Source of the DNA: a virus
Strand: one strand, 5' to 3'
DNA: 64,000 nt
IMG/VR virus record: IMGVR_UViG_3300002854_000227
Span: 7,533-71,532 of that record
Under the pieces are notes generated by a model. The model made no database searches. It saw only the letters and a program-made list of their open reading frames with translations, and was not told the DNA's origin. Of the stretch, positions 9,284-17,959 are shown in pieces. The translations under genes and the position numbers were made by a program. Each line of letters opens with the position of its first letter. The stretch's first letter is position 1.

Positions 9284-10361
9284 GCATATGACATTTGACT
9301 TTATACTTCAGCGGATGCTGGATCGTGTTCCCGACGACCTGGACAAGCGTGAGGGAAGCGTCATCTACGACGCGCTGGCGCCGGCGGCCGCCGAGCTGGC
9401 ACAACTCTATATTGACCTCGATATCAATTACAATCTCTCGTTCGCGGACTCCGCGGCGGGAGATTTTTTGTCTCGGCGGACGGCGGAGTTTGGAATTAAC
9501 CTCCGCGCGGCGACAAAGGCGATCCGGAAAGGGTTATTCTTCGGCGCCGGTGCCGGCGCCACTCCGCTGAACGTGCCGATCGGCAGCCGGTATGCGATCG
9601 AGGAGCTGACTTATATCGTGGTGGCGCAAATCTCGGCCGGCGTCTACCGGCTTGAGTGCGAGGTGGCCGGCGTCGTCGGCAATCAAAAGTTTGGTAACCT
9701 GCTGCCGATCACGAGCATTCCGGGGCTGGAAAGCGCGGAGCTGACGGACGTGCTCGTCCCTGGCGAAGACGAAGAGACGGACGATGCGCTGCGCGAACGA
9801 TTTTATACCGCGGTTAACGAGCCGGCATTTGGTGGAAACATCGCAGATTATAAGAAGAAGATCAATGCGATGTCCGGCGTGGGAGCCACGAAGGTCTACC
9901 CTGCCTGGGCCGGCGGCGGGACGGTCAAATGCACGCTCATCGCCGCGGATTGGTCAGCCCCGTCGCCGTCGCTCGTCAATGACGTGAAGACTGCGATTGA
10001 TCCGACGGTGAATTCCGGGCAAGGGATTGGCCTGGCTCCGATCGGTCACGAAGTGACGATCGCGGGCGTGGCCGGGGAAGAGATCAATATCGAGACGACG
10101 TTGACGCTGGCCAGCGGCGTCACAACCGGACAGGTGCAAGCAGACGTGGAAGCGGTGATCGATGCGTACTTGATGGAGCTGCGGCAGGACTGGGCGATTC
10201 AGCAGCAGATCATCGTTCGAACGGCGCAGATCGATGCTCGCATGCTCACCGTACAGGGCGTTGAGGACGTGGCAGATACCGAGATCAACGGTGTGGCCGC
10301 CAACTTGACGCTCGGGGCTGACGAGATCCCGGAACTTGGGACGGTGACGATCAATGAGTAA
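9276..10361 (+). CDS. xkdT: Baseplate J-like protein (XkdT)
   Basis: DKREGSVIYDALAP and FGGNIADY motifs. Confidence 0.88.
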   Translation: MYEHMTFDFILQRMLDRVPDDLDKREGSVIYDALAPAAAELAQLYIDLDINYNLSFADSAAGDFLSRRTAEFGINLRAATKAIRKGLFFGAGAGATPLNVPIGSRYAIEELTYIVVAQISAGVYRLECEVAGVVGNQKFGNLLPITSIPGLESAELTDVLVPGEDEETDDALRERFYTAVNEPAFGGNIADYKKKINAMSGVGATKVYPAWAGGGTVKCTLIAADWSAPSPSLVNDVKTAIDPTVNSGQGIGLAPIGHEVTIAGVAGEEINIETTLTLASGVTTGQVQADVEAVIDAYLMELRQDWAIQQQIIVRTAQIDARMLTVQGVEDVADTEINGVAANLTLGADEIPELGTVTINE

Positions 10362-10941
10362 ACCGATTCAGGAGTATTGGCCGGCATTTTACGAAGGCAT
10401 AAAGGATTTCGTGGAATTGGCCAAAACCGTGGACGAGGAGCTGCAGCTCGTCGCCGGCGCAGTTGACCAGCTATTCAGCGATCAATTCGTTATTACCTCC
10501 GGCCTCGATGCGATCAAGCGCCGAGAAAGGATGCTCGGCATTCAGGCGGATCCGTCGGCGGAGACGCTCGACTTCCGGCGCCGCCGCATCGTCAATCGGT
10601 ATTCAACCAAGCCGCCGTTCACGCTAAGCTACTTGCAGCAGCGACTCGACCAGCTCGTCGGACCAGGGCTGACGATCGTGTCGGTGGACGTGCAGGCTTT
10701 TGTCTTATATGTCACGGCCAACATCCAGAATGCGAACGTCTTCCGCGAGGTGCAGTACACCATCGAGACGGTCAAGCCGGCCAACTTGATCTATCAGCAA
10801 AACACGTCGATATCGGGAGCGGTCGGACTCGAGGAGCACTTATCCGCGAAGGAGATTACGTGGAACTACAAACTGAACGGGACATGGCAGCTCGGGGAGA
10901 AACCATTCGCCTCGTACGGAACGGAGGTCGCGATTAAATGA
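10354..10941 (+). CDS. Baseplate protein (YmfQ/DUF2313, XkdU-like)
   Basis: ETLDFRRRRI and KPANL motifs after baseplate J. Confidence 0.8.
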   Translation: MSKPIQEYWPAFYEGIKDFVELAKTVDEELQLVAGAVDQLFSDQFVITSGLDAIKRRERMLGIQADPSAETLDFRRRRIVNRYSTKPPFTLSYLQQRLDQLVGPGLTIVSVDVQAFVLYVTANIQNANVFREVQYTIETVKPANLIYQQNTSISGAVGLEEHLSAKEITWNYKLNGTWQLGEKPFASYGTEVAIK

Positions 10942-11225
10942 TCCATGCGCAGTTTTTAAACGACGTCGCTGATTTCGTTAATGGGAAAATAGCGAAGGTC
11001 GTTCTTAACGGCACGGTCGAAATTAGCAACTTCACGGTTAAAGAGGCACCGGAGCGGACTGTCATCTTGCAATATATCATTCCCGTTGCAGGCGTCTCTC
11101 TCGTCGAGTTGATCGAACTTAGGAGCTCATCCGGAGCACTCATCACCTCGAATGAAGTCGAGATCCCGGTTACTTCGGATACGCTCATGTTGCAGACCAT
11201 AGAAGTTAAGGAGGTCATGGCGTAA
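10938..11225 (+). CDS. Small baseplate/fibre-associated protein
   Basis: Overlapping start/stop coupling on both sides; 95 aa. Confidence 0.65.
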   Translation: MIHAQFLNDVADFVNGKIAKVVLNGTVEISNFTVKEAPERTVILQYIIPVAGVSLVELIELRSSSGALITSNEVEIPVTSDTLMLQTIEVKEVMA

Positions 11226-13819
11226 TGGCGAAAACAGATTGGACATTGGTTGATACGATTCTCCCGGACGACATGAACGACATCGGTGCCGAGATCAACG
11301 TCAACGCGGACAAACTTGCCGACAACCTGGACAGCCGTGCATGGGAACTCGTCACGCTCGGTCAGGGTGTGCAGATCGTCCAGGGCGGCGACGTCCCGGC
11401 GATTTTGCATCCCGCTATGCAGGGACGGACGCTCGTTAATCTGCTTGGTAGGGATGGGAATTGCGAGGACGTTAGCAAGTTTACTCCTACTTCGGGCAAT
11501 CTCGTTGTATCCCTTGACTCGGCGAATAAATCTGTCGGGAGTAACGGATACAAGATGACATGGACAAGCACATCTGTACCCGTTGTTTCGGGAGCTGATT
11601 CTCGTGACCTGTTTGCTCTGATAAACCCTGCAAAGTATTACATCGTAGTGGCTGACCTAAAGAACGGAACGGCGGCCTATACCAATATAGGGGTTAGACT
11701 TAGCGGGGGCATTCAGTATGCTTCGACGCAAGTAACCGACACGTCAAAGTTCACAACGCAATATATCGTGATATCACCGCCCGATCTCATCGGAGCAACA
11801 CAATTTAAAATAATTCCCGTAATCAGCGCAACGGCTCAGAATCAATATGGGCACATCGACGCGATTCGCGTTTACGAAATCACTGTTGCCGAAAAATCGT
11901 ACATCGATGGCCTGACGAGCGTACAAGCTAAATCGTACATCGCTGCTAATTACCCCTACGTAGACGATATGAAGCACGTCAATGCCGTCTATATCGAGAA
12001 TAAGGGGAAGAATCTGCTTCCGCCGTTTTCGGAATGGTTTCCATTCGACAATTCAGCATCCGTGAAGTACGAGGTTTTAGATAGTTTCACTGTTCGAATG
12101 TACGGAATCGGAATGACAGGCACAATAGTATCTCCTTTAATCCCGGTCGTGCCAGGACAAAGTTACACTATTTCTGGTGGTGAAGTGTATTCAGCAAATT
12201 CGTACTTCGATATTATTTTCTACGACAAAAATGGAGTAGTAATCGGTTTGGGTGTTGATGGATTGAGTACTGGCGCAACGAAGGCTACTGGCGTCGCTCC
12301 ATTAAACGCCGTCTATGCTAAAGGGCGGGTTATAACCCTTGCGGGAGCGACATCGGGCAGTTTCCTTGTTACGAACCCAATGCTTAACATCGGCTCCGAA
12401 CCCCTCCCGTTCGAGCTCCAAAAACCGTCTTATCTCTATCTACCAGACTGCAACTTCCGTTCCAATATAGACGGCAGCATAGCAGATCGACTGTATACCG
12501 ATGGTCAAGGTAAACCGAGGGTGACGAGAAGATTTAGAGAGATTGTGTTGGATGGTTCATTAGATTGGGCGTTCGTTACTGATCACGCTGGGTTTAAGAG
12601 GGTATCGACTGCCTCTGCAAAGCGTCAGGTAGACTCCGATGCCACGAACGCCGTAGCGATAAAATATGACGGCAAGATTTTACTGTTAAATTCTTCTGCA
12701 CCAACAACCGGAGATCAGGTTTCATTTCTGACAAGCGGAGCCTATATTTCTATTGCCGACACCGACAGCGGTTGGGGAGAAACCTACACACCTACAGCAG
12801 ATGAGATTAAGGCTTATTTCTATGGGTGGAGGATGGTCGATGGTTCGCTTAATCCTTATCCCGGAAACGGAACGAAGTACTGGGTTTATGCAAATGGTCT
12901 TGGCGGGTGGACGGGCACTACAACAACTTTGCCGACGGATTTTTCTCCTGCTGTGACGAACAAAACAATATCGTCCTACCGCCTCATGTATCAACTCGCC
13001 CAAAGCGTAGACGAGTCTGTTAGCTATGAAGGCTCCTTAATGTTGCACGAGGGAGCGAATCAAGTCGAGGTCGGGACGGGGATTGTGGTTCGGGAGGTAG
13101 TAGTACCGAGTGGAGTTGCTTTAGATGAGTATCATATCAACACGAATGTTAATGGGATTCCGAATCTGTTAAAAAACAGACCTGGTCGTATCACCAACGT
13201 GTTCAAAAAATCAGTTGTCGATGATTGGGTCAAAGGAATACGAAGTTCCGATCACGTTGGATTGTCGGTGTATGGCTATGGGTACGCATATATTCAAAAA
13301 GACAGATTCGATCCAACCGCCGCCTATTCCGTCACCTACCTAGCGCTCGACACCTACTTGCTCGGAATCGCTCCGCAAACGATTAGCACAGAGTATGCGC
13401 CGAACATCAGAGAATCGGTGGAATCCTTGGTAAGAGAGCTAGTCGAAGCTCGCACGGAAACATCCGTCCTGGCGAACACGAAGGCGCAGAAGCAGCAGCC
13501 GCAATGGGTCGATCCAACATTTATAGGTGGGTGGCTGAAAAAAAGTGGAGGACGATCAGGTTATTGGAAAGATGATTTCGGAATAGTTCACATACATGCG
13601 GATATAGAGGCGGGTAACACTGCGGGGGGTTCGACAATACTCCAACTACCTCAAGGATATCGACCGTTAACTACCATTCGATTAAATGGGCATGTCGTCG
13701 GGAGTGCCACGTTTGCCGCCTTTTACATCACGACTTCCGGAGAAATAAAAATTCTTTCCACGTCCATTGCTGCAAGTTCCACCATAACTTTTAGCACTTC
13801 ATTTCGAGCCGAACAATAA
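11225..13819 (+). CDS. Tail fibre / receptor-binding protein (864 aa, mosaic)
   Basis: AKTDW...DMNDIG anchor N-terminus; carbohydrate-binding-like beta domains; C-terminal LPQGYRP module. Confidence 0.75.
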   Translation: MAKTDWTLVDTILPDDMNDIGAEINVNADKLADNLDSRAWELVTLGQGVQIVQGGDVPAILHPAMQGRTLVNLLGRDGNCEDVSKFTPTSGNLVVSLDSANKSVGSNGYKMTWTSTSVPVVSGADSRDLFALINPAKYYIVVADLKNGTAAYTNIGVRLSGGIQYASTQVTDTSKFTTQYIVISPPDLIGATQFKIIPVISATAQNQYGHIDAIRVYEITVAEKSYIDGLTSVQAKSYIAANYPYVDDMKHVNAVYIENKGKNLLPPFSEWFPFDNSASVKYEVLDSFTVRMYGIGMTGTIVSPLIPVVPGQSYTISGGEVYSANSYFDIIFYDKNGVVIGLGVDGLSTGATKATGVAPLNAVYAKGRVITLAGATSGSFLVTNPMLNIGSEPLPFELQKPSYLYLPDCNFRSNIDGSIADRLYTDGQGKPRVTRRFREIVLDGSLDWAFVTDHAGFKRVSTASAKRQVDSDATNAVAIKYDGKILLLNSSAPTTGDQVSFLTSGAYISIADTDSGWGETYTPTADEIKAYFYGWRMVDGSLNPYPGNGTKYWVYANGLGGWTGTTTTLPTDFSPAVTNKTISSYRLMYQLAQSVDESVSYEGSLMLHEGANQVEVGTGIVVREVVVPSGVALDEYHINTNVNGIPNLLKNRPGRITNVFKKSVVDDWVKGIRSSDHVGLSVYGYGYAYIQKDRFDPTAAYSVTYLALDTYLLGIAPQTISTEYAPNIRESVESLVRELVEARTETSVLANTKAQKQQPQWVDPTFIGGWLKKSGGRSGYWKDDFGIVHIHADIEAGNTAGGSTILQLPQGYRPLTTIRLNGHVVGSATFAAFYITTSGEIKILSTSIAASSTITFSTSFRAEQ

Positions 13820-13830
13820 GGAGGGTTAAA

Positions 13831-14322
13831 ATGAAAGAAGCAATACGAGTCAGCCTCGACGGCTTTTACGTCGAGCCGATCCTCGTTCCGTTTTCACAAA
13901 CGGGCGTTACGGAGATCCACGAGCTACTTCCCGCCGAAGAGGATGAGAAACCGGAAGAAGTCGTAACCGGATATATAATCGCCGAGAAAGTCCCTGACGG
14001 GTTGTTCATGCCCCGATGGGACTTTTCTAATTCCGTTTGGATCGATGGGCTAACGCAAGAGGAAATCGAAGAGATTCGGAACGCCCCGCAGCCGGTTACT
14101 ACGGAACAGCGTGTATCCCAGCTTGAGAGCGAGAGCGTCGAAACGATGCTCGGATTGGCCGAAGTTTACGAGTCAACTACCGACGCACTCACCGTTCGTG
14201 AGCAAGAGACCGTCGACACCATGCTAGGGCTTGCTGAAGCGTACGAAATCATCCTTATGCAGCAGACAACCATCGACGCTCTATCGGCCCGTGTCGCCTC
14301 CTTGGAAGGGGGTGAAAGCTAA
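13831..14322 (+). CDS. Tail fibre assembly-like protein
   Basis: Follows fibre; PDGLFMPRWD..W motif; coiled-coil C-terminus. Confidence 0.6.
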   Translation: MKEAIRVSLDGFYVEPILVPFSQTGVTEIHELLPAEEDEKPEEVVTGYIIAEKVPDGLFMPRWDFSNSVWIDGLTQEEIEEIRNAPQPVTTEQRVSQLESESVETMLGLAEVYESTTDALTVREQETVDTMLGLAEAYEIILMQQTTIDALSARVASLEGGES

Positions 14323-14323
14323 T

Positions 14324-14431
14324 ATGGCACAAGTATACGCAAGCTTGATTCGTAAGGGATTCAAGACGATCGACGACGTCCCCGCCGAAAAGCGGGCGGA
14401 AGTGGAAGCCATCCTGGCCGCTGATGCTTAA
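14324..14431 (+). CDS. CD1375/XkdX-like small protein
   Basis: MAQVYASLIRKG.KTIDDVP...R.EV motif. Confidence 0.75.
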   Translation: MAQVYASLIRKGFKTIDDVPAEKRAEVEAILAADA

Positions 14432-14486
14432 GCGGTTATGGGACAGGCTTCTTTTCTTATTCCAAGTGGGAAGGGGGGATGCGGAC

Positions 14487-14621
14487 ATGGCAACGGTATA
14501 TGCAACGCTGATCGTTAAGGGCTACTACACGATCGATCAAGTGCCGACGGCGCAACGCGCGAAGGTAATCGACATCTTGGCGGCAATGGATCTGAACGAA
14601 GACGGCACGCCGAAGGAATAA
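14487..14621 (+). CDS. Second CD1375/XkdX-like small protein
   Basis: MATVYATLIVKG..TIDQVP; paralogue of upstream gene. Confidence 0.72.
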   Translation: MATVYATLIVKGYYTIDQVPTAQRAKVIDILAAMDLNEDGTPKE

Positions 14622-14670
14622 TCATCGCGAGGCCCTGCAGCGGCGGGGCCTCTTTATTGGAGGGCACAAG

Positions 14671-15069
14671 GTGAGCATCGAACAGAACGTACTTAGCGAC
14701 ATCGCGGGTAAGCTCGGACGGCTGGAGTCGTCAACCGAAGCTCAAGCCCGCGCGACAACTGAGCTTACCAACAACGTCAATCGACTGGTCGAGCGACTGG
14801 CGCAGAGCGACAAAGACGCGACCAGGGCGAAGGAATCGGCAGCTTCCGCGCATCACCGGTTGACCGAGATCAATGCTGACATAGAAAAAATTCGTGTGCA
14901 TTATGACAACGAAATCCGCCTGATGCATGCGCGAATCGAAGCGGAGACTTCCGCGCTTGGTTCCCGCATCTCGGCAGAGAACAAGGAACGTAAAGCAGAT
15001 AGGAACTGGTTGATCGGTACCGTGCTTACGGCTGCTGGACTGATCATTGCAATTATCAAATTATTCTAG
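14671..15069 (+). CDS. XhlA-like lysis accessory protein (coiled coil + C-terminal TM helix)
   Basis: GGAGGG RBS; ends WLIGTVLTAAGLIIAIIKLF; precedes holin. Confidence 0.6.
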   Translation: MSIEQNVLSDIAGKLGRLESSTEAQARATTELTNNVNRLVERLAQSDKDATRAKESAASAHHRLTEINADIEKIRVHYDNEIRLMHARIEAETSALGSRISAENKERKADRNWLIGTVLTAAGLIIAIIKLF

Positions 15070-15081
15070 GGGACGAGTATT

Positions 15082-15354
15082 ATGGACTGGGGAACGATTG
15101 CTGGACTCATTGATGCAAGGCTGCTTGTCGTGTTGGCGGCATGTTGGGTGATTGGATATTCGCTCAAACGGACGCCGCGCGTTCCGGACTGGTCAATCTT
15201 GTATGTCGTAATTATAACGGCAGTCCTACTCGCCGGCGGTGTGATCGGATTTACCTTCGAAGCTGTTGTTCAAGGCATCATTGTGGGGGCGGTAGCCGTC
15301 GCCGGTCACCAGGCGGTGAAGCAAGCGAAGGAGGCGGCAGGTGTCGATGATTAA
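15082..15354 (+). CDS. Holin
   Basis: Three hydrophobic segments, LKRTPRVPDW, GHQAVKQ tail; directly before endolysin. Confidence 0.85.
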   Translation: MDWGTIAGLIDARLLVVLAACWVIGYSLKRTPRVPDWSILYVVIITAVLLAGGVIGFTFEAVVQGIIVGAVAVAGHQAVKQAKEAAGVDD

Positions 15355-16909
15355 ACATACTCGCATTCGCGTCGTTAACGGTAGGATCGAGGAAGGCCCG
15401 CTGCAATACAGCAGCGGATACAGCAAGGCACAGGGATGGACGGACATCCGGATTGTCGAGCTTCCGCCGGCGGCGATCCGGACCGCTCGGTACATTTACA
15501 GCAAGGGCGGTACCGTGCCATCCATTGCTGCCAAACAGGCCGGCGACGTGTTCGCGTTCAACGCGAGCTATATAGACGTGGCCAGCGGTGCGCTGCTCGG
15601 CCGGACCTTCACCGATGGCAAGCAGATCGCGGCGGACATCGCCGGCAAGACGGTTGATCGGGACCATCTTTATTTCGCTGACGGCCGCTTCGACATTGGA
15701 GAGATTTCTGGCGTCGAGGGATTGGTGTGGGCGGCGCAGGGCGCCCCGCGGCTGGTGCTGGCCGGGCAAAACGTCGCGGACAATGCGTCGAAGCTCGAGA
15801 ACGTGCAAGCCGACATTGCGAAGCAGCTGCAGCCGCGCCTGGCCGCCGGCATTAAGTCGGATGGCACGCTGGTTCTCGTTCTGGTCGATGGCCGCGGCAA
15901 TGCTGACCGCGGCCTGCACCTGACGGAGCTCTCTGCGGTCATGCTGCATTATGGAGCCCGCGACGCGATCAACCTGGACGGCGGAGGATCGGCGACGCTG
16001 TACGCAAGCTTTCCCGAACTCCGGACGGCTGCAGATATCAAAGAAGGGAACTATCACCTTGCCGATCTGTCGGCCAGTTCGCCGCGAACGGTCCATCACG
16101 CCGCCGTCATAGAGGTGGATAAGGCCAAGCTGTTTCCGCCGGCGTTATTCGGCATTGATTGCGCGGCGCCGCTAACGGCAGCCAAGGCAAAAGCGCTTGC
16201 CGCTGAAGGTGTAAAGTTTGCTGTCCGCTATTTGGTCCCGCCGGCGTATGCATGGAAACGGCTGCTCAAACCGGAGGCCGATGCGATCCAGGCGGCCGGC
16301 TTGCGGTTGGCCAGTGTGTTCCAACTCGGCGCGGACCGGCCAAAAGGCGGTGCGGGCAACGGTGCGGCAGACGGTAAGTCCGCCTTGGCCGAGGCCATAG
16401 CGATCGGGCAACCGGCGGGATCGGCGGTCTTTCTAGCCGTCGACTACGATGCGAAGCCGGACGACTACGACAAGATCGAGGCGTACCTGCGAGCAGCACA
16501 GGACGAGCTTCCGGGCTATCACGTAGGCGTCTACGGGCATTTCGGCGTGATCGAGGAGATGGCACGCCGCGGTGCCTGCCGCTACTTCTGGCAGACGTAT
16601 GCGTGGAGCGGCGGAAAGAAGAGTAACCGCGCGCACCTTTGGCAGTACAAAAATAACGTCACGCTCGCCGGCCATGCGGTCGACTGCAACGAATGCTATG
16701 ACGATTCTATTTTTTGGGGAGCTTCAAGTGGGGAGGAGAAGCCTTTGAGCACGAACGAGATCATTGTTATCGTGAATGGCAAAGAACTGCCGGAAAAAGG
16801 TGAGGTCAAAGCCGGAGTAACCCACGTGCCGGCCCGGGCGATCGCCGAGGCATTAGGCGCCAAGGTCGTATGGGACAAAGATGCGAATGCCGTACGCATT
16901 ACGACATGA
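15341..16909 (+). CDS. Endolysin: phosphodiester-glycosidase (NAGPA-like) domain + DUF1906 glycoside hydrolase + C-terminal copper-amine-oxidase-N-like domain
   Basis: QPRLAAGIKSDG and AINLDGGGSATLY (NAGPA-like); FAVRYL, AVDYD, GVYG, WQTYAWSGG (DUF1906); THVPARAIAEALGAKVVWD. Confidence 0.75.
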   Translation: MSMIKHTRIRVVNGRIEEGPLQYSSGYSKAQGWTDIRIVELPPAAIRTARYIYSKGGTVPSIAAKQAGDVFAFNASYIDVASGALLGRTFTDGKQIAADIAGKTVDRDHLYFADGRFDIGEISGVEGLVWAAQGAPRLVLAGQNVADNASKLENVQADIAKQLQPRLAAGIKSDGTLVLVLVDGRGNADRGLHLTELSAVMLHYGARDAINLDGGGSATLYASFPELRTAADIKEGNYHLADLSASSPRTVHHAAVIEVDKAKLFPPALFGIDCAAPLTAAKAKALAAEGVKFAVRYLVPPAYAWKRLLKPEADAIQAAGLRLASVFQLGADRPKGGAGNGAADGKSALAEAIAIGQPAGSAVFLAVDYDAKPDDYDKIEAYLRAAQDELPGYHVGVYGHFGVIEEMARRGACRYFWQTYAWSGGKKSNRAHLWQYKNNVTLAGHAVDCNECYDDSIFWGASSGEEKPLSTNEIIVIVNGKELPEKGEVKAGVTHVPARAIAEALGAKVVWDKDANAVRITT

Positions 16910-17051
16910 CGATCAGCCCGGGGGCTTAGCCTCTCGGACTGTCGTACGATTGCCACCTTAATATAAATCACAAAGACCCCGCTTTTCCTATAGGAGGCGG
17001 GGTTAATAGCGTTTATTAATGAATACACTAAAGTCAAGGAGGTAATAATCT

Positions 17052-17219
17052 GTGGAGAAATATCTTAATAAAGAAGATGGTACAGTAGTTGAACTCGTGT
17101 CCGAATCGCCAAATGGTGAGTTTGTGATGCTGCAAAGAGAAGGAGTACCAGAAAATCGTTGGATTATTGAAAGCAAAAAATTCTGTAAGCAGTACAGTAA
17201 AAAAGTAAATCCGAATTAA
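17052..17219 (+). CDS. Small hypothetical protein (55 aa)
   Basis: AAGGAGG RBS then GTG 17052; MEKYLNKEDGTVVELV...; not in ORF track; convergent with HNH gene. Confidence 0.55.
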   Translation: MEKYLNKEDGTVVELVSESPNGEFVMLQREGVPENRWIIESKKFCKQYSKKVNPN

Positions 17220-17959
17220 ACAAGTGCCAATGATGAAGCTGTTACAAATAGTTGTTCGATTTCTTCATTCCAGAGACTCTCACTTTTAATTAAGTCAATT
17301 ACTAAGCTGAAATCTGTATTACTTAGCAATTCTGTTGCTACAGTCGCCGCAAAAGCTGATTCGGGTTGGGCTTCATATAGTAAATTCGTGGTAAATGATA
17401 TTATTTTATTTTTGTTTTGGGTAGTACGCTGTATGCCGCTCTTATATTTTTCAGCTCGTTCAACCAGTTCTTCAATTTGGAATTGTAATGCTTTTACTAT
17501 ATCAAAACGGGCGGTCATCATTTTTCTTACATCATTTAATAGTAATCTCTTAATGGTCATTTTACCGTGGTCAGTCTTAGCATAGTAACAAAACGATCGC
17601 ATCGTTAGATGGTCCTTTGGATCCATTGTTGACGGATTAATAAATGGTTTGTTTTTTGTGTCATAATCTGACTTGCGTCCGTTGCACCTCTTGCAGCTGG
17701 GTAGAAGATTATCCCATTCGATAACAAGCTCAGGATAACTGTCTTTATCATGGAAGTGATCTATCTCCATATATTTGGATTCTTCCATAAGTTTGCATTC
17801 GCAGTAAGCACATTTATAATGCGAACTTTCTAATAAGGCAATTTCGATCTCTTTGATTTTCCACACTGACTCGTTTGTTTGAGCATATTCTTTTGTTAAT
17901 TCGTCTTTTAGGGTTGAAGTAAGAATACTTGGGCATGGTTTTTTTGTAATCTTAATCAT
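17216..17959 (-). CDS. HNH endonuclease, PtuB-like
   Basis: KCAYCE...EIDHF.DK..YPEL..EWDNLLPSCKRCN..K; overlaps ATPase stop. Confidence 0.85.
   Translation of the reverse strand: MIKITKKPCPSILTSTLKDELTKEYAQTNESVWKIKEIEIALLESSHYKCAYCECKLMEESKYMEIDHFHDKDSYPELVIEWDNLLPSCKRCNGRKSDYDTKNKPFINPSTMDPKDHLTMRSFCYYAKTDHGKMTIKRLLLNDVRKMMTARFDIVKALQFQIEELVERAEKYKSGIQRTTQNKNKIISFTTNLLYEAQPESAFAATVATELLSNTDFSLVIDLIKSESLWNEEIEQLFVTASSLALV

Noticed and set aside
11225-13819. Possible diversity-generating retroelement or invertible tail-fibre cassette
   Set aside because: No reverse transcriptase or invertase in the window, and I saw no TR/VR pair or inverted crossover sites; a self dot-plot would settle it
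15278-16099. 273-aa minus-strand ORF
   Set aside because: Antisense to the endolysin; no RBS or domain evidence
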